Below are positions 1 to 10,321 of a stretch of DNA of 64,000 nt, piece after piece; position 1 is the stretch's first letter, and every line of letters starts with the position of its first letter. The stretch comes from Bacteroidales bacterium (GTDB lineage: Bacteria > Bacteroidota > Bacteroidia > Bacteroidales > UBA3663). The stretch is taken from NCBI GenBank assembly GCA_045627785.1, contig JAZQOF010000036.1, positions 97,630 to 161,629 on the forward strand, written 5' to 3'. Made by a program: the position numbers and the translations under genes. The notes beneath the pieces were generated by a model, which was not told the origin of the DNA, ran no database searches, and saw only the letters and a list, made by a program, of their open reading frames with translations.

Positions 1-2517
1 AAGGATGCGTCTGCAACAGCTGTCTATGGTGTAAAGGGTGCTAACGGTGTAATCCTTATCACAACAAAGCGTGGTCAGGAAGGTCGTGCTCAGATCAATG
101 TTTCTGCCAATGCAATCATGAAGATCCCTTCAAAGTTGCCTGGTAAGTTCGATTCTTATGATGCCATGCTGATGAGAAATATCGCTGCTGAGAATGAAAT
201 GAACATCAATCCTGGTGCATGGTCTTATGTTAAGCCACAGTCGTTTATTGACATGTATCGTAACCAGACAACAGTTGAACAGCAGGAACGCTATCCTAAT
301 GTTGACTGGCAGGATGCTCTCTTCGATAAATTTGCAATGTCTTATAATGCAAATGTCAATGTTGCCGGTGGTAACAAGTTCGTGCGTTACTTCGCTTCTG
401 TCGACTTTGTAAACGAAGGTGATATCTATAAAGACTTCTCCGCTTCTCGTGGTTATGAGACAGGTTATGATTACAAGCGTTTTAATGTGCGTTCAAATCT
501 TGACTTTACTCTTACAAAGACTACACTCTTTAAGATCAATATAGCAGGTTCGAATGGTATTCGCAAGACTCCTTGGTCGAACACTGCAGAAAATGACTGG
601 CAGCAGTCTCAGAAGTGGGCAGGTATCTATAACATCGGTCCTGATGTGTTCTTGCCTCAATATAGTGATGGTTCATGGGGTTTCTTGCCTCATGGTACAA
701 ATGTATCAAACTCTGCGGAGGGCGTTGCAACTGGTGGTGTACATTATTCAACAACTACACAGATTACAACCGACTTCTCTCTCGAACAGAAACTTGACTT
801 CATCACTAAGGGTCTTAGCGCTCGTGCTTCTATCTCTTGGGATAATACATTCGTTGAAGCAAGACGCGGTATTGATGACCTTTATACTCCAATCCAGCAT
901 AAGTGGATTAATCCTGAAACTGGTGAAGAGGTTTACAAGCAGAGTTTCGAGCAATATGATAAGTTCGATTATTCTGTAGGTCTCAAGTGGCAAACTCGTA
1001 ACGGTGAAGTACAGAATTGGAACACTCAGCGCCGTCTTAACTATCAGGGACAAATCAACTGGGTTCGTTCATTTAAGAAGCACAATGTCAGCGCAATGGG
1101 TCTCTTCAAACATGAAGAGTTTGCGATGGGTTCTATGATCCCTAACTATCGTGAGGACTGGGCATTCCGTGCCACTTACGACTGGGCTTCTCGCTATTTC
1201 GTTGAGTATAATGGTGCGTATAACGGTTCAGAAAAGTTCTCGGCAGACAATCGTTTCGCATTCTTCCAGTCGGGAGCGCTTGGTTGGATGATCTCTGAAG
1301 AGAAGTTTATGAAGTATCTTAAGGATAAGCGTATCCTTGATATGATGAAGATTCGCGCTTCTTATGGTCAGATCGGTGATGATGGTATCAACGACCGTTG
1401 GTTGTATATGGATACTTGGCAGTACGGTGGTGGCGCAAATGGCGCATCTTATCTTGATGTAACTCAGGGAAAGAGCCCATATACTTGGTACAGCCAGAGC
1501 TCTGTCGGTAATCCTGATGTACATTGGGAAGTTGTGACAAAGTTCAATGTCGGCGTTGACTATTCGTTCCTCGATGGTATGTTAGCAGGTTCTGTAGAAT
1601 TCTTCAAAGACAAGCGTAAGGATATCCTTGTCAGAGGTGTAGATCGTGCAGTACCTTCTTATCTTGGTATTGTTCCTTCTACAATCAACAAAGGTAAGGT
1701 AGATTCCCAAGGTTTTGAAATTGAACTTCGTTTCAACAAGGTCCTTGCAAACCAGATGCGTATTTGGGCTAATCTCAACATGACTCATTCAGAGAATAAA
1801 GTCATAATAAAGGATGACGCTCCTATGCTTCCAGACTATCGAAAGGAAGCTGGTTATGCAATTGGACAGACTCACTCATACATTGATCGTGGTGTAATCC
1901 AGAATCAGGATGAACTCTATGCATCTCCAAAGCATGATACTAATGACAATCAGAAACTTGTCGGAGACTATTATATCGTTGACTTCAACGGTGATGGCGT
2001 AGTCGATGTCAATGATCAGGCACCTTACGGATATCAGGATGGTATTCCACAGAATACTTATAATGCCATCATTGGATGGGAATGGAAAGGCTGGTCTGTC
2101 AGCACTCAATGGTATGGTGTAACAAATGTAACACGTAACGTGACAATGACATCCCTTTCTGATGTTAACCAGGCAAATGTATATGATCAGGGAACATGGT
2201 GGGCACAGGATCACAATAATTATGATATCGTGACTCCGCGTTTGCTCTCTACTCCAACTTACTTCAATGGTACTCAGTTCCTTTGTGATGGTAGCTATAT
2301 CCGTCTCAAGAATGCTGAAATCGCATATACATTCAAGAACGAGTGGACAAAGAAACTTGGAGTTTCGAATGTTAAGCTCTTCGTAAGTGGTAATAACCTC
2401 TGGGTATGGAGCCGAATGCCGGATGACCGTGAGTCAAACTTCTCGTCACAGGGAGGCGCAACTGGTGCTTATCCAACAATGAGACGTATTAATTTCGGTC
2501 TTAAGTTCAGTCTCTAA
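1..2517 (+). CDS. susC: SusC/RagA TonB-dependent transporter (5'-truncated by window edge)
   Basis: Frame is open from base 1 and reads KDASATAVYGVKGANGVILITTKRG (SusC plug signature). Also YNGS, GNPDVHWE, YIRLKNAEIAYTF and a C-terminal beta-strand ending KFSL. Confidence 0.96.
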   Translation, partial: KDASATAVYGVKGANGVILITTKRGQEGRAQINVSANAIMKIPSKLPGKFDSYDAMLMRNIAAENEMNINPGAWSYVKPQSFIDMYRNQTTVEQQERYPNVDWQDALFDKFAMSYNANVNVAGGNKFVRYFASVDFVNEGDIYKDFSASRGYETGYDYKRFNVRSNLDFTLTKTTLFKINIAGSNGIRKTPWSNTAENDWQQSQKWAGIYNIGPDVFLPQYSDGSWGFLPHGTNVSNSAEGVATGGVHYSTTTQITTDFSLEQKLDFITKGLSARASISWDNTFVEARRGIDDLYTPIQHKWINPETGEEVYKQSFEQYDKFDYSVGLKWQTRNGEVQNWNTQRRLNYQGQINWVRSFKKHNVSAMGLFKHEEFAMGSMIPNYREDWAFRATYDWASRYFVEYNGAYNGSEKFSADNRFAFFQSGALGWMISEEKFMKYLKDKRILDMMKIRASYGQIGDDGINDRWLYMDTWQYGGGANGASYLDVTQGKSPYTWYSQSSVGNPDVHWEVVTKFNVGVDYSFLDGMLAGSVEFFKDKRKDILVRGVDRAVPSYLGIVPSTINKGKVDSQGFEIELRFNKVLANQMRIWANLNMTHSENKVIIKDDAPMLPDYRKEAGYAIGQTHSYIDRGVIQNQDELYASPKHDTNDNQKLVGDYYIVDFNGDGVVDVNDQAPYGYQDGIPQNTYNAIIGWEWKGWSVSTQWYGVTNVTRNVTMTSLSDVNQANVYDQGTWWAQDHNNYDIVTPRLLSTPTYFNGTQFLCDGSYIRLKNAEIAYTFKNEWTKKLGVSNVKLFVSGNNLWVWSRMPDDRESNFSSQGGATGAYPTMRRINFGLKFSL

Positions 2518-2537
2518 TACATTATATATATTATAGT

Positions 2538-4532
2538 ATGAAAAAATCAATCTTAAGATATCTCACAGTCGGAGCTCTTTGTCTGTTTTCTATGACATCC
2601 TGCAAAGACTATCTGGACAAGGAGGCTGATTCGAATGTAAGTCCTGATCAGGCTTTCAAGAACTTTACAAATTTCCAGGGATTCGTTGAGGAAATCTACA
2701 ATTGCATTCCTAATAAGGAAAGTAATATGTGGTGTTGCACATTCAACTGGGGTGAAGATGAGATTATGAATGTCGGTCTCGGCGACTCTCATGTCACTGC
2801 ACAGTTCGACCTCGGAAACTATCGTAACTGGTATCAGAACAATCAGAGTTTCTTGCATGGCGATAACCCGGATCCAAAGAACAGTGATAAATATGCACAT
2901 TCTCTTGAGCATGCATGGTATTGCATCAATAAGGCAAATATGGGTCTTGCCCATTTCGACGAATTGAAAGATGCAAACAACGACCAGCGCAATGCAATCA
3001 AAGGTCAGCTATATTTCTTCCGTGCTTGGTGGCATAATGAGCAGATGGTATGGTTCGGCGGTATCCCTTATATAGATGAGGCTCTCGATGCAAGCAAGGA
3101 CTATACACTTCCTCGACTTACTTTCGTAGAAGATGCAGAAAAAGCTTATGCTGACTTTATGGAGGCTGGCAAGTATCTTCCTAAGAACTGGGATACAAAT
3201 GGCGCTGGTAAGGATACAAAGGGTCATAATGATCTTCGTGTCACAAAGGCAGTTGCTTATGCTTACGCAGGTAAGGTTATGCTTTGGGCAGCTTCTCCTT
3301 TGAATAATATCGGTCACGGCGAGCTTGGCGGTAAGAATACATATAACTATAATGTGGAAAATGCCAAGAAGGCCGCAGAAGCACTCGGTCAGGCTATCAC
3401 ACTCATCGAGAGTGGTGATACTCCTTATGACCTCGCTCAATATCAGTATGCTGAAGTTGAGGATTTCCAGAAGGATCGTGGTATTTATGATCACACAGCT
3501 GCAAAGGGTTCTTCAAACAACTACTCGGATATCTTCTACACTACAGGTCAGAATTGGAAGATGCCAGGTACTGTTGAAGCTATGATGCGCGGATCTATTC
3601 CTGATCTTAATGGTTCAAACTGGAACTTTGCTAAGCTTTGGGGAACAAAGATTGCATCTATCGTTGAGCACGATGCTGTGATCCACATGCCAACTGCCAA
3701 CTATGTGAACTATGCATACGGTATGGCAAATGGTGAGCCTGCATATATCATTGAGAACGGTGAATATAAGATTAATCCAGCTTCAGGCTTTGATCCTACA
3801 CATCCTTTCAAGGATCGTGATCCACGTTTCTACCATGATATCGTATTTGACGGTTTCCGTTATTTGAATACTGCACCTGGCGCTAATGATGCAGAAGCTC
3901 CATATCAGTATTGCCAGTTGTTTACAGGCGGAAATATCCGCGATGAGCAACAGGCTTCCCGTACAGGTTATTATTGCCAGAAACTTGTTCCTCACCAGTG
4001 TAACAAACTTGATGGTATGTACAACTGGGGTGGCGCTCTTCAGACATATCTTCCATATATGCGAGTTGCTGACGTATATTTGATGTATGCTGAGGCTTGT
4101 GCTGCTGCTGGTGGTGCTGGTTATAAGGCAAGTACTTGTAGTCATACAGCAGAGGCTGCAATTAATATACTCCGTGATCGTGTAGGTGCAGGCCATGTTT
4201 CAAGTGCTTGGACATCTGACGCCAAGAAGTTCATGGATGAAGTTCGCCGTGAACGTGCATGTGAACTTGCATTTGAAGGTTTCCGTTGGAATGACCTTCA
4301 GCGTTGGTTGCTACTCACAGAGAAGCCTTATACTATCAAGACATCTGCAGAATTTTCTCGTGCTGATGTAAATTATGATTACGTTAAGAAAGATCCAAAG
4401 GATGCACCTATAGCAGGTTGGTCTGAGCGTAAGATCTTGGAGAGAGACTTCCAGGTTAAGCACTATTTGCTTCCTTTCAAGGATGAAGATGTAACTCTCT
4501 ATGCAGAGTTTGGTCAGAATCCAGGATGGTAA
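2538..4532 (+). CDS. susD: SusD/RagB glycan-binding lipoprotein
   Basis: Lipobox MTSC, GQLYFFRAW, RDPRF, ERACELAFEGFRWNDLQRW, terminal QNPGW; directly follows SusC. Confidence 0.95.
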   Translation: MKKSILRYLTVGALCLFSMTSCKDYLDKEADSNVSPDQAFKNFTNFQGFVEEIYNCIPNKESNMWCCTFNWGEDEIMNVGLGDSHVTAQFDLGNYRNWYQNNQSFLHGDNPDPKNSDKYAHSLEHAWYCINKANMGLAHFDELKDANNDQRNAIKGQLYFFRAWWHNEQMVWFGGIPYIDEALDASKDYTLPRLTFVEDAEKAYADFMEAGKYLPKNWDTNGAGKDTKGHNDLRVTKAVAYAYAGKVMLWAASPLNNIGHGELGGKNTYNYNVENAKKAAEALGQAITLIESGDTPYDLAQYQYAEVEDFQKDRGIYDHTAAKGSSNNYSDIFYTTGQNWKMPGTVEAMMRGSIPDLNGSNWNFAKLWGTKIASIVEHDAVIHMPTANYVNYAYGMANGEPAYIIENGEYKINPASGFDPTHPFKDRDPRFYHDIVFDGFRYLNTAPGANDAEAPYQYCQLFTGGNIRDEQQASRTGYYCQKLVPHQCNKLDGMYNWGGALQTYLPYMRVADVYLMYAEACAAAGGAGYKASTCSHTAEAAINILRDRVGAGHVSSAWTSDAKKFMDEVRRERACELAFEGFRWNDLQRWLLLTEKPYTIKTSAEFSRADVNYDYVKKDPKDAPIAGWSERKILERDFQVKHYLLPFKDEDVTLYAEFGQNPGW

Positions 4533-4559
4533 TATTACTAATCTTTATTGCAAATGACA

Positions 4560-7421
4560 ATGAAATCAATATATAAACCAATTCTGACAGTTGCAATTGC
4601 TGCGGTTTCTGCCTTCCCTGTGATGGCACAGACTGAGGCAGAGGAGGAGGCAGGACAGAAGGTCAATGCCGCTTTCCATCAGATTGCAACCGAAGACCTC
4701 ATGGGTGGTTACGCAACAGTCGATGTTGAAGAACTCATGAAGAAGAACAACTTCACATATTCCCTCGACAATATGCAGGGATATGTTGGAGGATGGAATG
4801 GCGCAGGTTTGTGGGGTATATCTGGAGATGATATTCTCTATCTCATTGATGGTGTACCACGCGACAGAAACAATGTGAAGCCTGATGAAATCAAGGACAT
4901 TACTTTCATGAAGGGCGCTCAGGCAGTTATCCTCTATGGTAGCCGTGCCGCTAAGGGTGCAATCCTCATTACTACAAAGCGTGGTAAGGAAGACGACTTG
5001 AGAATCAATGTGAAGGCAAATACAGGATTCCATGTGGCAAAGGTATATCCTGAGTATCTTCATTCCGCAGAATACATGACACTCTACAATGAGGCTCTTG
5101 TTAATGATGGCGGAACTCCAAAGTATTCTCAGATGGATATCTATAATCATGCTTCTGGAACAAATCCATATCGCTATCCAGATGTGAATTTCTATTCAAG
5201 CGATTACATCAAGAAGGCTTATAACCGTACTGATGTTGTTGCGGAAATCACTGGCGGTAACCGTTTGGCTCAGTTCTATTCAAATGTCAGCTACTATCGT
5301 GTAGGCGATTATATGAATTTCGGCGAATCAAAGAATAACTATACAGATCGTCTTGATGTTCGTGGTAATGTTGACTTGCATATCAGTGACTATGTGAGTG
5401 GTTATGTAAATGCAACTGCGACATACTACAACTCAAAGTCTCCGGTTAATTCTAAGGTTCCTGGTACAGACAATACTTATATCGGTAATTTCTGGGAAGA
5501 GTCTACAACATTCCGTCCAAACCGATTCAGTCCGCTTATTCCTCTTTCAATGGTCGATGCAAGTGCACTTCCTGCAATAAAGCAGCTCGGTACATCGCAG
5601 AATATTATTGATGGTCTCTATTTCCTCGGTGGTAATGAGGCAAATGTCGATCAGAAGAATGTATTTGCCGACTACTATGCAGCAGGTAACAGCACTTGGA
5701 CATCACGTCAGTTCCAGTTCGATGCCGGTGTTAACATCGATCTCGAAAAGGTTCTGAAGGGGCTCAAGTTCTCTACACAGATGTCTATCGACTATGCTAC
5801 TTCATATAGTCAGTCGTACAATAATACTTATGCTACATTCAATCCAGCATGGAGTAGTGCAAATGGCTATGGTGCAGTGATCGGTGTAACAAAGTATGAT
5901 GAAGACAAGAAGTCTGGTACTCAGAATATCAACGGTTCTACTTCTAATCAGACAATTGCATTCAATGCACATTTGGATTATAACCGTACATTCAATGATG
6001 TTCACAATGTGAATGCAATCTATCTGGTAAGTGGTTTTACACAGACTAAATCTGGCGAGTATCATAAGACTGCTAATGTAAATATGGCACTTGATGTTGC
6101 ATATAACTTTGCTCACAAGTACTATGCAGAGGCTGCTCTTTCTTTGAATCATTCTTCACGTCTTCCAGAAGGCGGTCGTAAGGGACTTTCACAGTCTTAT
6201 ACTCTTGGCTGGAATATCGCAAAGGATCTCGATAATGACAATCTTGATTATTTGAAGCTTTCTGCAAGCTATAGTGATCTGAAGACAGATCTTGGCATTG
6301 ACTACTATGAATATCTTGGTTACTACAGCACAGGTGGCTGGTGGGACTGGGGTGGATCTGGCGTTACAGGTACACAGTCTAAGAAGGGTGCTAACAGTTC
6401 GTTGACATTCATTGACCGTAAGGAGATTTCTGCAACTCTCCAGGGATCTTTCTTCAAGAAACAGCTTTGGTTTGATGCTTCATTCTTTATTAATAATATT
6501 GAAGGTCAGCTGATCGATGGTTCAAGCACTGTTCCAAGCTATTTCATGACTTATTATCCGGAGACTTCATTCATATCACGTGTTAACTTCAACAATGACC
6601 GTAGCACAGGTTTCGACCTTTCAATCAACGGTAAGAAGAAATTCGGAGAATGGGATCTTCAGGCAGGTGTAAACATGACTTACTATACAACCAAGGCTAC
6701 AAAGCGAGATGATACTACTGTCGCTGACGACTATCAGAAGCGTGAAGGAAAGTATCTTGATGGTGTATGGGGTTATGAATGTCTTGGCTTCTTCAAGGAT
6801 GAGGCAGATATTAAGGCATCTCCAGAACAGGTCCTCGGTACAACTCCACGTGTAGGTGATCTTAAGTATAAGGATCAGAATGGCGATGGTGTTATCGATA
6901 ATCGAGACCAGGTTGAACTTGCCAAGGGCGGCTGGTATGGAGCACCTTTCACATTGGGTGTAAATCTCACTGCTAAGTACAAAGGCTTTACGTTGTTCGT
7001 CCTCGGTGTTGGCGGATTCGGAGGCACCGGCGTCAAGAACAACAGCTACTGGTGGAGCGGTGCAGGCGAGAATAAATATACTGCAGCCGTTCGTGACCGT
7101 GCCATTGTTAAGGATGGTCAGATTACTAACTTGAACACAGCAAGCTATCCAGCGTTGACAACTTCAAACGGTGCTAACAACTTCCAGACTTCAGACTTCT
7201 GGACATACAGCACAAGCCGTTTCAATCTTGCAAAGGTTCAGCTTACTTATGACTTTGCAGACAGTCTCTTTGAGAATAACAAGGTTGTTAAGGGTGTGTC
7301 AGTTTATGTTAGCGGTTCAGATCTGCTAACTATCGCACCTAACAAAGACATCCTTGAAATGAATGTCGGTTCTGCACCACAGTCTCGTTTCTATAATCTC
7401 GGTGTTAAGGTACAGTTCTAA
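4560..7421 (+). CDS. susC: Second SusC/RagA TonB-dependent transporter
   Basis: Signal peptide, plug motif LYGSRAAKGAILITTKRG, GDLKYKDQNGDG, terminal F. Start taken at ATG 4560; 4554 is possible. Confidence 0.95.
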   Translation: MKSIYKPILTVAIAAVSAFPVMAQTEAEEEAGQKVNAAFHQIATEDLMGGYATVDVEELMKKNNFTYSLDNMQGYVGGWNGAGLWGISGDDILYLIDGVPRDRNNVKPDEIKDITFMKGAQAVILYGSRAAKGAILITTKRGKEDDLRINVKANTGFHVAKVYPEYLHSAEYMTLYNEALVNDGGTPKYSQMDIYNHASGTNPYRYPDVNFYSSDYIKKAYNRTDVVAEITGGNRLAQFYSNVSYYRVGDYMNFGESKNNYTDRLDVRGNVDLHISDYVSGYVNATATYYNSKSPVNSKVPGTDNTYIGNFWEESTTFRPNRFSPLIPLSMVDASALPAIKQLGTSQNIIDGLYFLGGNEANVDQKNVFADYYAAGNSTWTSRQFQFDAGVNIDLEKVLKGLKFSTQMSIDYATSYSQSYNNTYATFNPAWSSANGYGAVIGVTKYDEDKKSGTQNINGSTSNQTIAFNAHLDYNRTFNDVHNVNAIYLVSGFTQTKSGEYHKTANVNMALDVAYNFAHKYYAEAALSLNHSSRLPEGGRKGLSQSYTLGWNIAKDLDNDNLDYLKLSASYSDLKTDLGIDYYEYLGYYSTGGWWDWGGSGVTGTQSKKGANSSLTFIDRKEISATLQGSFFKKQLWFDASFFINNIEGQLIDGSSTVPSYFMTYYPETSFISRVNFNNDRSTGFDLSINGKKKFGEWDLQAGVNMTYYTTKATKRDDTTVADDYQKREGKYLDGVWGYECLGFFKDEADIKASPEQVLGTTPRVGDLKYKDQNGDGVIDNRDQVELAKGGWYGAPFTLGVNLTAKYKGFTLFVLGVGGFGGTGVKNNSYWWSGAGENKYTAAVRDRAIVKDGQITNLNTASYPALTTSNGANNFQTSDFWTYSTSRFNLAKVQLTYDFADSLFENNKVVKGVSVYVSGSDLLTIAPNKDILEMNVGSAPQSRFYNLGVKVQF

Positions 7422-7436
7422 TAAAGGATAAGCATT

Positions 7437-9221
7437 ATGAAACTTAAGAATATTTTTATTTTGTCATCTGCAATTTTGGCATTCTCTTCTTGCGACGACT
7501 TGTTCGATCCAGCAATTGAGAATCAGCAGGACATTACGCAGATGTACAAGGACAAGGAGTTTGCGCGCGGTATCATCGCCAATGCTTTTATGCTGTTGCC
7601 TTACTCTGGTACTTCCAATAGTGATGTCGCTACAGACGATGCCGTTTCAAACGATAACTCTAACAGCTATCGTCAAATGGCTACAGGCGCTTGGTCTTCA
7701 CAGAATGACCCAATGAGCCAATGGCGCGATCGTTACAATGCAATTCAGTATTGTAACCTCATGCTTGAAAATGTCGAACAGGTTGAATGGTCAACATCTG
7801 ACCCTATTCTCAACCAGATGTATATCGATCATTTCAAGGGTAATTCATATGCAATGCGCGCTCTTCAGTTCTTCTATGTGCTGCGTGCCCATGCCGGCGT
7901 TTCTGCAAGCGGAGAGTTGTTAGGTGGTCAGATCCATCTCCAGTCGGAAGATGGTGGCTCTGACTTTAATCAGGCTCGTGCTTCATTCGCAGAGTGCATT
8001 AAACAAATTTTCAACGATCTCGATGAGGCAGAAAAGCTTCTTCCATATCAGTATGGAAATGTAAGTGAGAATGATGCAGCTCTCAGCAAGTATGCAGGTG
8101 CAACAAACTCACAGTACAATCGTGCTTTCGGTGATCATGAACGTGGCAAGATCGATGGTCGTATCATTGAAGCTATCCGTGCTCAGGTAGCACTCTTCGC
8201 TGCTTCTCCAGCATACGAAAGTGCTGGTGCAAGCTCTTGGCAGCAGGCAGCTGAATTTGCAGCACAGCTTTTGGTAAAGAATCATGGACTTTCTGCAATG
8301 CAGCAAGATGGCTGGACTTGGTATAATAACAATACCGAAATCGCAAACTTAGGTACAGGTGATAATCCAGCTGAAATTATCTGGCGTGACAATGTTGAGA
8401 AGAATCATAGCCGTGAAGCAGACAACTATCCTCCTTCAATTTTTGGTAATGGTCGTATCAACCCATCGCAAAATCTTGTAGATGCGTTCCCTATGGCTAA
8501 CGGTTACCCTATCAGCAATGCTGCTTCTGGCTACAATGCAAGCAAACCATACGATGGTCGTGACCCACGTCTCGCAGCTTACATTCTTTACAATGGTCAG
8601 AAAATTGGTGTGGACAATTCAGAAATTGTCACAGGTACTTATGTAACAGATAACTCAAGCGGTATCGACTTTGAAAAGGAGCGTTCTACTCGTACAGGTT
8701 ATTATCTCCATAAGTTGCTTCGCGATGATATCAACCTTGCTACAGGTAAAGAGACAGATCAGCAGCACTATACTGCTCGTATCCGTTTCACAGAAATCTT
8801 CCTTGCATATGCTGAGGCAGCAAATGAAGCTGGCGGTCCAGATGCTAAATTCGGTGGTGCAGACTTCTCGGCTAAGGATGTTATCCGCGCAATCCGTAAG
8901 CGTGCAGGTGTAGGTGGTCAGAATGACCCATACCTCGAATCTTGTTCATCAAAGGAGGCTTTGCGTGACCTTATCCGCAATGAACGTCGTCTTGAACTTT
9001 GTTTCGAGAACCAGCGTTTCTATGATCTCCGTCGTTGGAAGGCAGACCTCAACGAGACTGTCAAGGGTATTGTGATTTCTCAGAAGAATGCAGACGGTTC
9101 TCTCGTTTATACAATGAAGGATGTTGAGTCTCGTAGTTACAAGGATTATATGTATTATGGTCCTATGCCTTACGGTGAGACAATGAAGTGGAGCAATCTT
9201 CAGCAGAATCAAGGTTGGTAA
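7437..9221 (+). CDS. susD: Second SusD/RagB lipoprotein
   Basis: Lipobox FSSC, NPSQNLVDAFPM, RDPRL, ERRLELCFENQRFYDLRRW, terminal QNQGW. Confidence 0.95.
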   Translation: MKLKNIFILSSAILAFSSCDDLFDPAIENQQDITQMYKDKEFARGIIANAFMLLPYSGTSNSDVATDDAVSNDNSNSYRQMATGAWSSQNDPMSQWRDRYNAIQYCNLMLENVEQVEWSTSDPILNQMYIDHFKGNSYAMRALQFFYVLRAHAGVSASGELLGGQIHLQSEDGGSDFNQARASFAECIKQIFNDLDEAEKLLPYQYGNVSENDAALSKYAGATNSQYNRAFGDHERGKIDGRIIEAIRAQVALFAASPAYESAGASSWQQAAEFAAQLLVKNHGLSAMQQDGWTWYNNNTEIANLGTGDNPAEIIWRDNVEKNHSREADNYPPSIFGNGRINPSQNLVDAFPMANGYPISNAASGYNASKPYDGRDPRLAAYILYNGQKIGVDNSEIVTGTYVTDNSSGIDFEKERSTRTGYYLHKLLRDDINLATGKETDQQHYTARIRFTEIFLAYAEAANEAGGPDAKFGGADFSAKDVIRAIRKRAGVGGQNDPYLESCSSKEALRDLIRNERRLELCFENQRFYDLRRWKADLNETVKGIVISQKNADGSLVYTMKDVESRSYKDYMYYGPMPYGETMKWSNLQQNQGW

Positions 9222-9248
9222 TTGCTAAATATATTTATTTGAAATAAT

Positions 9249-10304
9249 ATGAGAAAAATTAATATTTTCAAAGTACTTGCTGCAGGTGTCATTGTTTATG
9301 GAATGAGCTCTTGTAAAAGTTCCGACATTGAATTTCCTGATTATACAGAGCAGACTGTATATTTCGCATACCAGACTCCAGTCCGTACAATAGTATTGGG
9401 TATGGATGATCTTGGATCTACTGCCGACAATGATACTCGTGCCTGCAAGATTTACTCTACAATGGGTGGTACTTACAATGGCGGTAAATACAATATCAAA
9501 GTAGATATCGCTGTAGATAACTCTCTTTGTGATAATCTCTATTTTGATCAGGCATGTACAAATCCTGTATTGCCTATGCCATCTTCTCACTATCAGCTCG
9601 GCGGTTCGGTTATCGAGTATCAGGGAGAAAAGGGATATGTTGATGTGCAGCTTACAGATGCATTCTTTGCAGATCCAAAGTCTTATCAGGCACAGTATGT
9701 AATTCCTGTTGTGATGAAATCGCAGACAGGAGCTACAAGAATTTTGTCTGGAGAGTTGCAGGAAGGTGTTTCTTCTGCTAATCGTTTTGATCTTTCATCC
9801 TGGTTTGTCAAACCTCAGGATTATGTGCTTTACTGTGTACGTTACATCTCTAAGTATCACGGATATTATCTTCCACAGGGTACTGTTACAACTTCAGCAG
9901 AGGGTGGCGTAAAGATGAATAGCAAGATTTATAAGTATCCTAACTGGGAGAGCGTTCCATCGGAGAATGTCGTTTATCTCTATACTCGCGGAGAGAATAC
10001 TGTAGCTCTTGACCTTGTTGCTACTCTTGGCGCAGAGTCTTATAATATCAGTGCACTTCTTACATTTAACGGTAATACTTGTACTATTACAAGCAATGAT
10101 CCGGATTTCAAGATTACAGGTACTGGTACTTATACAGAGAAATCTCCTTCATACAATTGGGGACAGAAGGATCGTGATGGCTTGAAGATTCAGTTCAAGG
10201 CAGAAGGCAAGGGTGTTGTTGTAGATGTTGACTATGACATGGCTCTTCAGCGTCGTGGTTCAGGTAATACAGTAGAAGAGTTCAACGTAACTCTCAAGAA
10301 GTAA
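9249..10304 (+). CDS. PUL surface lipoprotein (DUF1735/DUF5627-like, XusE position)
   Basis: Lipobox MSSC, EFPDY..TVYFAYQ.PVRT, VQLTDAFFADP, YVIPV. Lies between SusD and GH10 as in conserved Bacteroidetes xylan loci. Confidence 0.8.
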   Translation: MRKINIFKVLAAGVIVYGMSSCKSSDIEFPDYTEQTVYFAYQTPVRTIVLGMDDLGSTADNDTRACKIYSTMGGTYNGGKYNIKVDIAVDNSLCDNLYFDQACTNPVLPMPSSHYQLGGSVIEYQGEKGYVDVQLTDAFFADPKSYQAQYVIPVVMKSQTGATRILSGELQEGVSSANRFDLSSWFVKPQDYVLYCVRYISKYHGYYLPQGTVTTSAEGGVKMNSKIYKYPNWESVPSENVVYLYTRGENTVALDLVATLGAESYNISALLTFNGNTCTITSNDPDFKITGTGTYTEKSPSYNWGQKDRDGLKIQFKAEGKGVVVDVDYDMALQRRGSGNTVEEFNVTLKK

Positions 10305-10321
10305 TTATTATCGTATATATT

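Noticed and set aside
1981-2016. EF-hand-like DFNGDGVVDVND motif in SusC (also present in the second SusC)
   Set aside because: A common loop motif of SusC proteins, so not unusual.
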